A stretch of 64,000 nucleotides of DNA from an uncultured virus (IMG/VR IMGVR_UViG_3300049830_000172) (taxonomy: Duplodnaviria > Heunggongvirae > Uroviricota > Caudoviricetes): IMG/VR virus record IMGVR_UViG_3300049830_000172. One strand, 5' to 3'. The notes under the pieces were generated by a model. That model saw only the letters and a program-made list of their open reading frames with translations. It was not told the origin of the DNA and did not search any database. A program made the translations under genes and the position numbers. Positions 29,952 through 39,953 of this stretch are shown piece by piece; positions within the stretch are counted from its first letter, which is position 1; every line of letters starts with the position of its first letter.

Positions 29952-32462
29952 ATGAGTTTCAACCTTTATCGCTTTACGAAAGAAGCTGGTGCGAAAGATT
30001 TACCGGGTTTGGGTTATTCCCCTGCACCCGCGCAGCCTTACGACTGGAACAACCCACAATATAACACGCAGGAATCGCGCAAAAAGAGTGTAGAACAGCA
30101 AATAGCCGATATACTTCAAACATCGGAAGCGCCTCTTGCTGATTCATACGGGGCAGTACAAAAAAGACCTTTTCAAGAGGGTTATGGTTCATCTCAACAC
30201 ATGATGCCTATACACAATTTGTATAGGCAACTGGAAGCATATGCGGATTCTTTACAGCCCGAAGAGAAAAAACAGTTTCTTGATTTATGGGGCGGCGATT
30301 TAAGAAATGCTATTGCATATGGATTGGAAAGTAACGGACATAAATATAATCCAAAAATGTTTGATGCCTTTTCGCAAAGAATGACACCGGGAAAATTGGA
30401 CTCTTTATTTGCGCAAGAACCAAGCGATATTCAAGCGGTTGCCACAAATCACAGAAGGGCGTGGATTCGAACACTTCAGAGCGAGGTGATGCATGTTTAC
30501 AACGATTTGTCAACAAGATATGATATCACGCCTGGGGAATTTACACATCTGTGTTATCTTGGTGAAGTCAACCCGAATAAACCACCGACTAATTTACAAT
30601 TTGCTGGAGATGGGCCGAGAGGATATTTGACAGAAAAAATGGGTGGTATTGGTGAAGTTAGTAAAACGGCTAATATGCTAAATTGGATTCTATACGAACA
30701 CCCTAGACAATTGCAAGCCAATGAAGATAAAACAAGAAGAATTAATCACTTGTTTAGTGGATATCACGAACAGCCTGGAGACCGAGAAATATATCCAAAT
30801 CCAGAGCCGATTAATAAAGATGAAATTCTTGCCCCGCTTGGATTTACCATGTCTACCTACCCGCCCAATAAGCCAAGCTGGGAAATACAAAAAAGTAAAA
30901 TTCCATATGATAAAGTTGGCGTAAAAAATCTCACAGAAGAACAAAAAGAAGAGCGAGATGCCGCCCTTGGTCAACAAAGACTTGCGCCGACTAATTTGGA
31001 TGTTTTACGCCGATATATCCTAGATGGTGGATTCGAATATGGTGGGCTTGGCGCATTGCTAACTATTGCACAAAAGGATATCGCGCATGGTGAAGATTTT
31101 GATACAGACGCAGACCCGGATAATGATATGGTTATCGGTGAAAGAAGATATCCAGCGCGAGTCATTAAGTATATTTTTGACCAATTGTGTCAAAGGAATA
31201 AAAAGAGCTTTAAAGAAATGCTTGACGGCGCTGGACTTGGTTATTTAAATGAAGATTTAGAGCAAACATCTTATCCAGACCCAGCTTTTGCTAATTTTAA
31301 CTTAGTGTTTAGGAGCCAAGCAGAACAAGATGTGGTCAATAAATTGAGAAAATTTGGATTAATGGCAGTTCCTATGCCTATCTCAATTCCGTCTCCATCT
31401 GATTGCGTTGTTAATCCGCGCTCATTTGATATCGACTTCACTATTCCATGCGACATCATTAAAACGTGGGTGATGAAATATGGTCAAGCTCATCCAGAGG
31501 TGCAACAAACGGTGGTATTTGTTGGTGAATATTTTGGATTTGACCGAAAACAAATGATAACTATTCCAAGCGGTCAGGAATGGAAAAATCCAGACGGAAG
31601 CATAGCACAATTTACTGGTTCTGATGGAAAAGCAATTGAGGCTCGCGGCGGAAACGAAGTGGAACGAGGCTTTAAATACAAAGTGTCTACTCAGTGGAAA
31701 AAAGTATGCGAAACATATGTATCACATATGATGGGTAACTCCACTATTTTCATTGAAAAGGATTCCAAAGACAGAGATATTATGTCACAGTTGGACAATA
31801 ATAATATCATTTACAATGCTAATGAATGCGCACCGGGAGATGTAACCTGTTGTATATCCGTTCATCAAATGGAACAACATTTACAACAAGGTTGTAACGA
31901 CCCAGAATGTGCTGCAAGAAGATATGTTTCTGAAAGTGGTGGGCAATATAAATTCCAACCAAGAGAATACACACGGGCTGAGGCATATATCATTTCGTGC
32001 ATGGAAGATTTAAAGGTTAAATATGGATTCTCTCCAACAGCTAAACAAAATAAGAGTTTGTACGATGGACAAGAAATGTTCAAGTATTACAAGGAATATC
32101 AGCATAAAATCAGCGGTATGAATATTCTTTGGAGAAAATACGAAGAGGCAATGAAAAACAAAGATAGCAATAGTGCTCAAGCCATTTTGTTACAATACAA
32201 TACGCTTAGAGATGGTATTAACAGTTTACAAGAACGATATATGTCTTCATTTAAAGAATCATATAACCAACAACTCAACAACCCAATGTATAAAGTAAGA
32301 GAAATGGGATTAAGAACACTATTAGATATATATAAACAATCCAATCACTCAATACCAGATAGAGTTATTGCACAAGCTTGTGCTGAATACATGAGCGCAA
32401 ATCCTCCCGCGCAACTACCAGGCTATGTGCTTCAGTCAGGCCAGGTACAAAACACTATTTAA
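29952..32462 (+). CDS. Large hypothetical protein with PD-(D/E)XK-like segment
   Basis: 836 aa; FRSQAE...DIDF...VGEYFG. Confidence 0.6.
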   Translation: MSFNLYRFTKEAGAKDLPGLGYSPAPAQPYDWNNPQYNTQESRKKSVEQQIADILQTSEAPLADSYGAVQKRPFQEGYGSSQHMMPIHNLYRQLEAYADSLQPEEKKQFLDLWGGDLRNAIAYGLESNGHKYNPKMFDAFSQRMTPGKLDSLFAQEPSDIQAVATNHRRAWIRTLQSEVMHVYNDLSTRYDITPGEFTHLCYLGEVNPNKPPTNLQFAGDGPRGYLTEKMGGIGEVSKTANMLNWILYEHPRQLQANEDKTRRINHLFSGYHEQPGDREIYPNPEPINKDEILAPLGFTMSTYPPNKPSWEIQKSKIPYDKVGVKNLTEEQKEERDAALGQQRLAPTNLDVLRRYILDGGFEYGGLGALLTIAQKDIAHGEDFDTDADPDNDMVIGERRYPARVIKYIFDQLCQRNKKSFKEMLDGAGLGYLNEDLEQTSYPDPAFANFNLVFRSQAEQDVVNKLRKFGLMAVPMPISIPSPSDCVVNPRSFDIDFTIPCDIIKTWVMKYGQAHPEVQQTVVFVGEYFGFDRKQMITIPSGQEWKNPDGSIAQFTGSDGKAIEARGGNEVERGFKYKVSTQWKKVCETYVSHMMGNSTIFIEKDSKDRDIMSQLDNNNIIYNANECAPGDVTCCISVHQMEQHLQQGCNDPECAARRYVSESGGQYKFQPREYTRAEAYIISCMEDLKVKYGFSPTAKQNKSLYDGQEMFKYYKEYQHKISGMNILWRKYEEAMKNKDSNSAQAILLQYNTLRDGINSLQERYMSSFKESYNQQLNNPMYKVREMGLRTLLDIYKQSNHSIPDRVIAQACAEYMSANPPAQLPGYVLQSGQVQNTI

Positions 32463-32477
32463 TGGAAACGAATAATA

Positions 32478-33356
32478 ATGCCAATCCTTGAACCAAAATA
32501 TATTGCTAACTGGTATTACCTCGTTCCAACCGCGAGTCAAAATCAAGCGCCGCGTCTACTAAAAGACTGGACTGAGACACAAGACCAAACCCTTGAACCG
32601 CAAGAATTGCTTCAGGGTGATATCGGATTGCATGTCATGAGCATTAAGGGCATGAAATGGAATAATCAAATTGAAGCGCCCGTCGTTATTATTGATTATG
32701 TAAATCAAGGCGATATCGTAACAAGTATTTTTGACGCTATTGTCGCTGATTATAATGTGCAAAGGGCACCAGTTTTCGCAAGTGGATTAACATATCTGTT
32801 GAAAACAGCAGATATCGTGGTTAATGCCGAGAGTGGAGTAACATGTTCAGCTACTTATATTTCTGGGGTACCAGGTATATTTACACCAGTTTTTGGCCCA
32901 ACACCATTTGATTTTATTGGAAGAACGGCACAGTGGTATGATACCACATTTTTCCTCGGTGATGTTGATGCTGCTATTAATGACCCAAATGGATATAGGG
33001 TTTTAAATGGCAAAATCAACATAGAATTTAATATTAAAGAGAATTATTTCGAGGGTACTGGGCAGGAACCAACATTCAGTGTGCAGGGATACAATGTTAC
33101 TGGAGAAATCGAAATTGTTTTAGCACCAGATGAATGGGATAGATTAATAATTACCGAACAAGTATGTGGAAATTTTACATATAGTTTGTCAGACAGTTAT
33201 TTAAGAATTGGCGGATGCGTTGAATCAAATACACCCGGTGTTCAATTAAACCTGGGTAGCGCAAGATTGCATGGTAGTGTTTCTAGAAAAATGGTAGCTG
33301 GTCAACCAACTACTGTTAAAATAACATTCCATGCTTTTGCTAGATACACTGGATAA
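32478..33356 (+). CDS. Possible tail tube-like structural protein
   Basis: 292 aa, beta-rich and acidic; GKINIEFNI...VTGEIEI pattern; weak. Confidence 0.35.
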   Translation: MPILEPKYIANWYYLVPTASQNQAPRLLKDWTETQDQTLEPQELLQGDIGLHVMSIKGMKWNNQIEAPVVIIDYVNQGDIVTSIFDAIVADYNVQRAPVFASGLTYLLKTADIVVNAESGVTCSATYISGVPGIFTPVFGPTPFDFIGRTAQWYDTTFFLGDVDAAINDPNGYRVLNGKINIEFNIKENYFEGTGQEPTFSVQGYNVTGEIEIVLAPDEWDRLIITEQVCGNFTYSLSDSYLRIGGCVESNTPGVQLNLGSARLHGSVSRKMVAGQPTTVKITFHAFARYTG

Positions 33357-33375
33357 TTTGTATAAATAAATCATC

Positions 33376-33987
33376 ATGGCATGGAAACGACGAGCTAAAA
33401 CAGCTACCGCTAAAACTAAAGCACCAAAACCCAAGGCAGTTGCTAAAGATTTTGTGTTTCACACAACGACTCACGAAGAATCATTGCTTGACAACACCAC
33501 GTTGTTAAAATTTACCATACCAGGTAGACCAGCTACCAAAAAAACTCACCAACAAGTTATTTATGTAGCAGGTAGTCCAAGGGTTATTCCAAGTGCTCAA
33601 TACAATAAATATGAAAAATTGTGCAAAGATTTCTGTGCTGCTGCTTGGAGCGATAAAGGTAAACCACCGATGGACTTTGGCGTTTTAATAGAAATGAGAA
33701 TCTATCTGGATACATGGTCAATTGGCGACCATGTTGGATATATGCAAGCTATTGGCGATATCTTGGAAAAACATAAAGTAATAGCAAATGACAAATTTAT
33801 TCATTGGGGAGATGATGGTATTCACTGGTTTGGCGGAGTTGATAAAGATAACCCCAGATGCGAAATCGTTATTAAGAGATTTCGACATCCATACGAAGTT
33901 TATCGTAAAGATAAAGAAGAAGCAGAAGTAAAGAAAGCTGAGAGAAAAAAGGTGAAATTAGATGACATGCAGGCTAAGAGCAGTTGA
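33376..33987 (+). CDS. rusA: RusA-like Holliday junction resolvase
   Basis: FTIPGRPATKK, D..GY.QAI.DIL...VI.ND, DKDNPR.EI.I. Confidence 0.7.
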   Translation: MAWKRRAKTATAKTKAPKPKAVAKDFVFHTTTHEESLLDNTTLLKFTIPGRPATKKTHQQVIYVAGSPRVIPSAQYNKYEKLCKDFCAAAWSDKGKPPMDFGVLIEMRIYLDTWSIGDHVGYMQAIGDILEKHKVIANDKFIHWGDDGIHWFGGVDKDNPRCEIVIKRFRHPYEVYRKDKEEAEVKKAERKKVKLDDMQAKSS

Positions 33988-34291
33988 AGTAATTAAAGTT
34001 AATTCTGAGTGTACTCCGAGTGAATTCCAGGATTTTATTCAGAAATGGAACGTTGACAATCCAGAAAAAGCAAATGACGAAAGCTTTATGCCGCTTTTTT
34101 CTCCATTTATTGACAGATGTGCCCTGGAGAAGAATGAAACGTCTGACGAGCTTACAGTAGTTATGTTAATCTCCACAGACCAATGGCCTAGCAGACAAGA
34201 AGTTGCTGATATTACTTTTTTTGTTAATTCGCTCAAGGATAATTACGAAGCACTAGAAGTAAAAATGATGTTTGAAGTGGTGTGGGCATGA
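33962..34291 (+). CDS. Hypothetical protein
   Basis: ORF in the operon. Confidence 0.6.
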   Translation: MTCRLRAVEVIKVNSECTPSEFQDFIQKWNVDNPEKANDESFMPLFSPFIDRCALEKNETSDELTVVMLISTDQWPSRQEVADITFFVNSLKDNYEALEVKMMFEVVWA

Positions 34292-34656
34292 ACTTGAGTC
34301 TTCAAAAGATTATTGAATCAGTGAAGGTAATTGATGCTTCACAATGGGCACAAAATGAAACCGATAAAAAAATTAAAGCTCTTACGAAATCAAAAAAAGA
34401 TGGAGAACTATATCTCATCACCACATTGCCGATTGTGTCTGCAATAGAAACATTTCCAGAGGGACAAGTTCTGACTATAACAATTTCAGATACATCCAAT
34501 CTACCGAAACATGATATTGAAAATCTATTGACATCACTTGGTCAACTCAGGGATTACTACCCCGATTTAACAGTGAAAGTAGTTGACCTTACGGAAACCA
34601 TTAGTGCGAATGATTTGCCACCAGATACGATAGTAAAAAAAAATCAGGAGCCATAG
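34282..34656 (+). CDS. Hypothetical protein
   Basis: ORF in the operon. Confidence 0.6.
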   Translation: MGMNLSLQKIIESVKVIDASQWAQNETDKKIKALTKSKKDGELYLITTLPIVSAIETFPEGQVLTITISDTSNLPKHDIENLLTSLGQLRDYYPDLTVKVVDLTETISANDLPPDTIVKKNQEP

Positions 34657-34682
34657 ACTCCTGATTTTCCATCGAATATTTG

Positions 34683-35048
34683 TTAAGCTTTTGGAGCTTC
34701 AATAATGGTGATGTAATGCGGCTCAGTGTCTGCAATCGCAATTTGACCAGTAATGCCGTGAGGTGTGAAGATAAAATCTTCAAAACACTTTTGCATTTCT
34801 TCGGTTTTGTTCACTAGCTCGGCTCTTGCTTTTTCAAGCTCAGTTTCAACACGAGTTACTTCTTGTTTCACTGAATCAAGATATTCGCGTAAATCAAAGC
34901 CGCCTTGCTTTAAGTCTCGAATGCGGGCGTTGATATCAGCCATGAATACATATTGTTCATTGCTCAGTGCTGGCTGTGGGTTGGTTTCAACGCTGTCTGG
35001 AGCGTCTTTTTCGAATTCCGGGGTAATGTCTTTGTCAGAAAGTCTCAT
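34683..35048 (-). CDS. Hypothetical coiled-coil protein
   Basis: Likely start MRLSDK at 35048. Confidence 0.65.
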   Translation of the reverse strand: MRLSDKDITPEFEKDAPDSVETNPQPALSNEQYVFMADINARIRDLKQGGFDLREYLDSVKQEVTRVETELEKARAELVNKTEEMQKCFEDFIFTPHGITGQIAIADTEPHYITIIEAPKA

Positions 35049-35130
35049 AATTGTTTCTCGCGAGTTTTTATACACGTGTACTGCGTGTGTAAATATTATA
35101 CACATTTTTGAATGAGGTATACTTTTTTTT

Positions 35131-35709
35131 ATGAAAACATTGGCTTTCACGGGGCATCGCCCAAAAGACCTTGGCGGATATGATGAAGATAATCCAACTG
35201 CGCTAAAAGTTCAACGTCAATTAAGAACGATGATTATTCAGGCTTATGAATCGGGATATCGTACTTTCATAACAGGCATGGCAATGGGCGTTGACCAATG
35301 GGCGGGACATTGTGTGGCTGATTTAAAGCCAGAGCATCCTGATATTAAGTTGATAGCAGCGATTCCATTTGTAAGTCAACCAACTGTTTGGACACTGGGA
35401 AGCAGAGCCTCTTGGCAAGTTATATTATCAAATTGTGATGAGATTTATGTTGTGGATACTAACCCTAATGAAATTATTTCAATGAAAGATGTTCTAAGAG
35501 ATTCAAAAGTGCCGTCTGAAGACCCGAAATATTTGATTTCCAAGAAGTTGAACGATAGAAATAAATGGATGGTTGATAGAGCGGATTGTATGTTGGCGGT
35601 TTGGAGACATACTAAGGGTGGAACTGGAAATTGTGTCGAATATGCTATTTCAAAGGGCAAAACTGTCATTGCTTACAATCCAGACGATGATAGTGTTGTA
35701 AAATTATAA
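35131..35709 (+). CDS. SLOG superfamily YspA-like (DUF1273) protein
   Basis: AFTGHRP, FITGMA.GVD.W, RNKWMVD, GGT.NCV.YA. Confidence 0.85.
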   Translation: MKTLAFTGHRPKDLGGYDEDNPTALKVQRQLRTMIIQAYESGYRTFITGMAMGVDQWAGHCVADLKPEHPDIKLIAAIPFVSQPTVWTLGSRASWQVILSNCDEIYVVDTNPNEIISMKDVLRDSKVPSEDPKYLISKKLNDRNKWMVDRADCMLAVWRHTKGGTGNCVEYAISKGKTVIAYNPDDDSVVKL

Positions 35710-35717
35710 GGAACACC

Positions 35718-36020
35718 ATGAGTTATAACATGAAAGAAGAGGCATATGATGCCCGAATGCAACCACTCGTTGAACAACTAGCAAGCTTAGCCAAAGAATA
35801 TGATATTTCACTCATTATAGCAGCAGATTGTGGGCGAGATGACTTTGACCGCCCCATAGTGGCGTCTACAGTGCTACTGTTCGAAGATTGCCATGAAGCC
35901 ATTATAGATGCAAAACATTTGTTGTTTGACGGATATCGTCTTGTTCCACCGCCAGAAGAAGAAGATATTCCTAGTGAATTGATATTAAGTGAGGGTATAC
36001 TTCCTAATCATGAGCTTTGA
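35718..36020 (+). CDS. Hypothetical protein
   Basis: 100-aa ORF with SD. Confidence 0.65.
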   Translation: MSYNMKEEAYDARMQPLVEQLASLAKEYDISLIIAADCGRDDFDRPIVASTVLLFEDCHEAIIDAKHLLFDGYRLVPPPEEEDIPSELILSEGILPNHEL

Positions 36021-36651
36021 TGTAGCCGAATTTATAAGTGAGTCGAACTTAATCGACAGACAACCAAATTACTTAGAAACACACTGGATTCCAGGCGCTA
36101 AGCCAGGAGACCTAATGTTCGACAATCAAATGAACGCTTACAATTTGGCGTTAGATAAAGTAAAGGAACACAATCTCACCGGAAGCGATGTTTTAGATAT
36201 TCACCGAGAACTTAGTCGTGGAGTTGATTTCTTCGAATTGCGCAACATGTCTGGTGTGTATCGTCGTGTAGACGTATATCTTAATTCTCCGCGTGGGAGA
36301 ATTACATTTGCACCAGTTGGACAACTTAAATGGTTGATGGATAATATTTGGACTGGATTTTACGCAGACTGTATTAAGGAAGCTGAAACTGCCGATAATG
36401 AAACCAAGGAAAGACTAGCTTATGAGATTCATGATTTGTTTGAATGTATTCATCCTTTCATTGATGGAAATGGAAGAACTGGTCGTATATTATTGAACGC
36501 CGCACGAGTGCAAATGGGCTTAATTCCTGTCACAATCTTGTATAATACAAGAGAGAAGTATTACAATCATATCAATGCCTTTCGCAACGCAAAGTATGAC
36601 ATAACAGTGTCTAAATATGGCACGCCAAATGATACAAAAGAGGCCGAATAA
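36010..36651 (+). CDS. Fic-domain protein
   Basis: Canonical HPFIDGNGRTGR; ESN.I near the N-terminus. Confidence 0.9.
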   Translation: MSFDVAEFISESNLIDRQPNYLETHWIPGAKPGDLMFDNQMNAYNLALDKVKEHNLTGSDVLDIHRELSRGVDFFELRNMSGVYRRVDVYLNSPRGRITFAPVGQLKWLMDNIWTGFYADCIKEAETADNETKERLAYEIHDLFECIHPFIDGNGRTGRILLNAARVQMGLIPVTILYNTREKYYNHINAFRNAKYDITVSKYGTPNDTKEAE

Positions 36652-37367
36652 TGAAAACATATTACGTAACACCGTCAGACATCACATTCCTTTGGAGTGA
36701 CTGTCCATGCTGCTTTTACCGCAAAGTAGCCCAAGGTATCCACCGACCATCTGGGATTTTCCCAAAAATCTTTAATCGTATCGACAGGGCAATGAAAAAT
36801 TGCTATGTTGACAAAAACCTAAGAGATTTCAGCCCGGACTTCCCTGATGCAGTTTATAAATATCCAGACCAATGGGTGCAAAGTAAGCCACTCGTCGTGA
36901 CTGGAAAAGATATTCAAATCGTATTCCGTGGCAAAATCGACGGATTGCTTGAATACTCCGAAAAAGGAGCTGACGGAAAGCCAATTATGGGCGTCCCAGA
37001 CCTTAAGACGACAGAAGTAGATGATAATGTAACACCAATGTATGGATTGGCACTTCACACATATCTCTACTGTCTGGAAAATGCAGCAGATGGCGAGTTT
37101 AGCGCACATAATGTGGAACGACTCGGCTTGGTTGTTTTTGAGCCTAGTGAATACGAGCATATGGCTGGAGAAGAACCAAAACTCAATGGCATTCACTACT
37201 GGATAGAATTTGAAAAAGATATGGAGTCATTTAAAGAATGGATGAAGACACTTGCCAGAGTTCTGAGCGCAGATGCTCCACCAGAGCCAACAAAAGGATG
37301 CGGTTACTGCAATCTCTTAGAGAATCAAATCAGAAAGCAGGAATCCGCAGAAACAAAAAGCGCGTGA
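36651..37367 (+). CDS. PD-(D/E)XK nuclease (RecB/Cas4-like)
   Basis: CPCCFY, GKIDGL, DLKT, terminal CGYC. Confidence 0.75.
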   Translation: MKTYYVTPSDITFLWSDCPCCFYRKVAQGIHRPSGIFPKIFNRIDRAMKNCYVDKNLRDFSPDFPDAVYKYPDQWVQSKPLVVTGKDIQIVFRGKIDGLLEYSEKGADGKPIMGVPDLKTTEVDDNVTPMYGLALHTYLYCLENAADGEFSAHNVERLGLVVFEPSEYEHMAGEEPKLNGIHYWIEFEKDMESFKEWMKTLARVLSADAPPEPTKGCGYCNLLENQIRKQESAETKSA

Positions 37368-37843
37368 AAACAAGACAAACATATCAAGGGAAGAAAATCA
37401 ATCTACTTGTACTAAGTAGAGCGCATGTAAGTCTAGAGGAACACACTCCCCTTGAACCTCATATATTAATCTCCATCACCGACCCGCACTTTGGTGAACC
37501 AAGAGTTGATTGTGGAGAAGCTATACTTTCAACCTCAGAGCAACGCAAAGATGTTCTGAGGCTTAGTTTTTTTGATATCAGTGAAACTATTGGTAATACA
37601 ACGCCTATATCCACTTCGCAAGCTGAAGAAATATTTCAATTTGTATCAAAGTGGAAAGATGAGGTGGGTTTAATTGTAGTCCATTGCGAAGCTGGCATCT
37701 CTCGCTCGGCGGGAGTCGCGGCAGCTTTATCAAAATGGCTAAATGGCGATGATATGTTTTTCTTCGAAACATATTGCCCAAATAATTTGGTTTATACTCG
37801 CGTTCTACATGCGATTTACGGAGACCCGTGGGCGCAAAAATGA
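37364..37843 (+). CDS. Protein tyrosine/dual-specificity phosphatase-like protein
   Basis: ISITDP, F.DI, VHCEAGISRSAG (CX5R), PN..V; GTGA overlap. Confidence 0.85.
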   Translation: MKTRQTYQGKKINLLVLSRAHVSLEEHTPLEPHILISITDPHFGEPRVDCGEAILSTSEQRKDVLRLSFFDISETIGNTTPISTSQAEEIFQFVSKWKDEVGLIVVHCEAGISRSAGVAAALSKWLNGDDMFFFETYCPNNLVYTRVLHAIYGDPWAQK

Positions 37844-37935
37844 TTTGCGAAGCGCCCTTAATTTCTTTTATCAAGACACACATCATTTCTTCTTAACACG
37901 AAAGCGAGATAAGATTATGGAGTATACTAGCTGAT

Positions 37936-38454
37936 ATGCAAAGAAAACTCTTGATGCTCGACATTGATGGCGTTCTTAACGACCATAGAACATTGGCAAA
38001 TGGCTACTCGCAAATGAAGCACAAATGTGTTCTGGAGCTTTGTAGAATCTTAGATGAATGTCCAGATGTTAATATCATCATGTCTTCAGCATGGAGATAT
38101 ATGATGTTCGGAGAGATACCAGCCATCACAGAGAAAGGCATGGAACATATAATGTGCCTATTTGGTGCCCCGTATTTCTCCATACACGGACGAATCATTG
38201 GCAGAACGATATCTGACGAAGCAATGTGTGTTCAGCTCGGGATATCGGAGCCTGACGTTGAATTGGACTATTTGTGGTTGAAAGACAACGGGTGCTTATT
38301 GAGAAGAGAGCAGATTTTACTTTCGGCGCAGAATCATCAGTTTGTTGTACTTGATGACCTTGACATAGAAATGCCAGAGTTAGTAAGAACTGACGGCAAT
38401 GTCGGTTTAACTAAAGCTCTGGCGAATCAAGTGATTAAGCTTTTTCAGAATTAG
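37936..38454 (+). CDS. HAD-family phosphatase (Swiss-army-knife RNA repair type)
   Basis: LDIDGVLN, SSAWR, VVLDD. Confidence 0.75.
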   Translation: MQRKLLMLDIDGVLNDHRTLANGYSQMKHKCVLELCRILDECPDVNIIMSSAWRYMMFGEIPAITEKGMEHIMCLFGAPYFSIHGRIIGRTISDEAMCVQLGISEPDVELDYLWLKDNGCLLRREQILLSAQNHQFVVLDDLDIEMPELVRTDGNVGLTKALANQVIKLFQN

Positions 38455-38668
38455 CATTGCGAGCAACACGCTCGTTATGTGCTAATCTTTTTTGTTCACT
38501 TTGCTCATCATACCAATTTTTCAAAGCTTCATTCTTGCGCTCAATAATGTATATGGCGTTTGAGTGAATTGTATTTGTGGCATCGCCGCCTTTTTGAGCC
38601 ATGGCAGTAACTAACTTGCCGTATAGTTTTTCATCTCGTGGATTTAATTTAAGTGTTGACATTGACAT
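38435..38668 (-). CDS. Hypothetical protein
   Basis: 77-aa ORF. Confidence 0.55.
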   Translation of the reverse strand: MSMSTLKLNPRDEKLYGKLVTAMAQKGGDATNTIHSNAIYIIERKNEALKNWYDEQSEQKRLAHNERVARNANSEKA

Positions 38669-38936
38669 TCATTTCACCGTACATATTTGCGAACGCTGGA
38701 GTACCCTCTCCCACCCATGCACCCAAGCAATTAAAATGAAGATATTCTTCTGCTTCTTCGGCATCTTCACAACCACCAGCAATTAAAATGCTAATGCATT
38801 TTTGCCAATCGTATAGAAAAACAGGGTTCATCCCAAATCTTTCTACAATGCCCATGACAGCTTCTTCAAAGCCGTCCATATTCAGTGCTTCGCCATTGAC
38901 TTCTTCCATCAATTCGCGAATATCTTGTGCGTTCAC
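38649..38936 (-). CDS. Conserved phage hypothetical protein
   Basis: DGF.EA..G..ER...YD...EA.EY..FN..GAWVGE.TP pattern common in phages. Confidence 0.7.
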   Translation of the reverse strand: MNAQDIRELMEEVNGEALNMDGFEEAVMGIVERFGMNPVFLYDWQKCISILIAGGCEDAEEAEEYLHFNCLGAWVGEGTPAFANMYGEMNVNVNT

Positions 38937-38977
38937 ATTATATATGTAGTCGATTTTTCATGAAAAAAGCACACTTA

Positions 38978-39859
38978 TTAGCCAATTTCTAAATCAATCA
39001 TTACTACTTCTTCTCCAGAAGTGCTTTGACTCATTTTGATAATGTCTCCATTTTTATCCACGATGCTTGTTCTTCCGTCGAAAAACATCCCAGGTTCCAT
39101 CCAACCGCATTGATATGGTCGTACAATATGCAAACCAGTTTCTTTAGCCCGCTCTCGCTGCGGCATGTCTTTCACTTCATCAAAGGGATATCCGGGATAT
39201 GGACGCCAACCGCCAGAAGGAGCACAGATAAATTCTGCACCTTTATCTTTCAATGTTTGTGTTACGTCTGGAAAGCTTAAGTCATAACAAATACAAACAC
39301 CAATACAACCAGCAGATGTTTGAACTGGCGCGATATCCGCAGCAGCCTTAAATCCCCAACTTTCTTCAATTGGCATCAAATATTTTTTACCAGGAGTGCC
39401 AACTAACTTACCATCATTTTCAAATACCATACTAATGTTTTGCATACCTGAAATGTTTTGAGTATAAAGACTACCTGCTACAATCACAACATTCAATTCT
39501 TGAGCTATTGATGAGAACGTGCGCTCCATAATACGTTGAAATTTCAATTGAGCCATCCATTCGCCCATTTTCTTTAATTTTACAACCTTAAAAAACCAGT
39601 CAGTTAATTTTTCCACCCAAGAGCGCATTCCAAAAGCGGAAACATCATCTGGCATTTGTCCGCTATAAAAGGCCTTAACACTTTTGCTTTCTTTACACCA
39701 AGATAGCCACATACTTAAGCCCTCGGGAAATACGATTACTTTGGCTCCATTTTGTTTAGCCGTGTAGCTTAATCGACGCATTTTATTATAAAATTCATCT
39801 TCGGAGTGACAAGATTGAGCATTTGGCTGCACTGCGGCAATGGTGATTAAACGTTTCAT
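38978..39859 (-). CDS. Carbon-nitrogen hydrolase (nitrilase family)
   Basis: AAVQ, VFPE, K, CICYD.FP (E-K-C triad). Confidence 0.85.
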   Translation of the reverse strand: MKRLITIAAVQPNAQSCHSEDEFYNKMRRLSYTAKQNGAKVIVFPEGLSMWLSWCKESKSVKAFYSGQMPDDVSAFGMRSWVEKLTDWFFKVVKLKKMGEWMAQLKFQRIMERTFSSIAQELNVVIVAGSLYTQNISGMQNISMVFENDGKLVGTPGKKYLMPIEESWGFKAAADIAPVQTSAGCIGVCICYDLSFPDVTQTLKDKGAEFICAPSGGWRPYPGYPFDEVKDMPQRERAKETGLHIVRPYQCGWMEPGMFFDGRTSIVDKNGDIIKMSQSTSGEEVVMIDLEIG

Positions 39860-39953
39860 AACTATACTCCGTGTATGAATTCAATTTATCTACACCAGTG
39901 AATACACCTGCTTTAAAAGGTTGACCCATGGCAATGAACAGAAGGAATTATTG

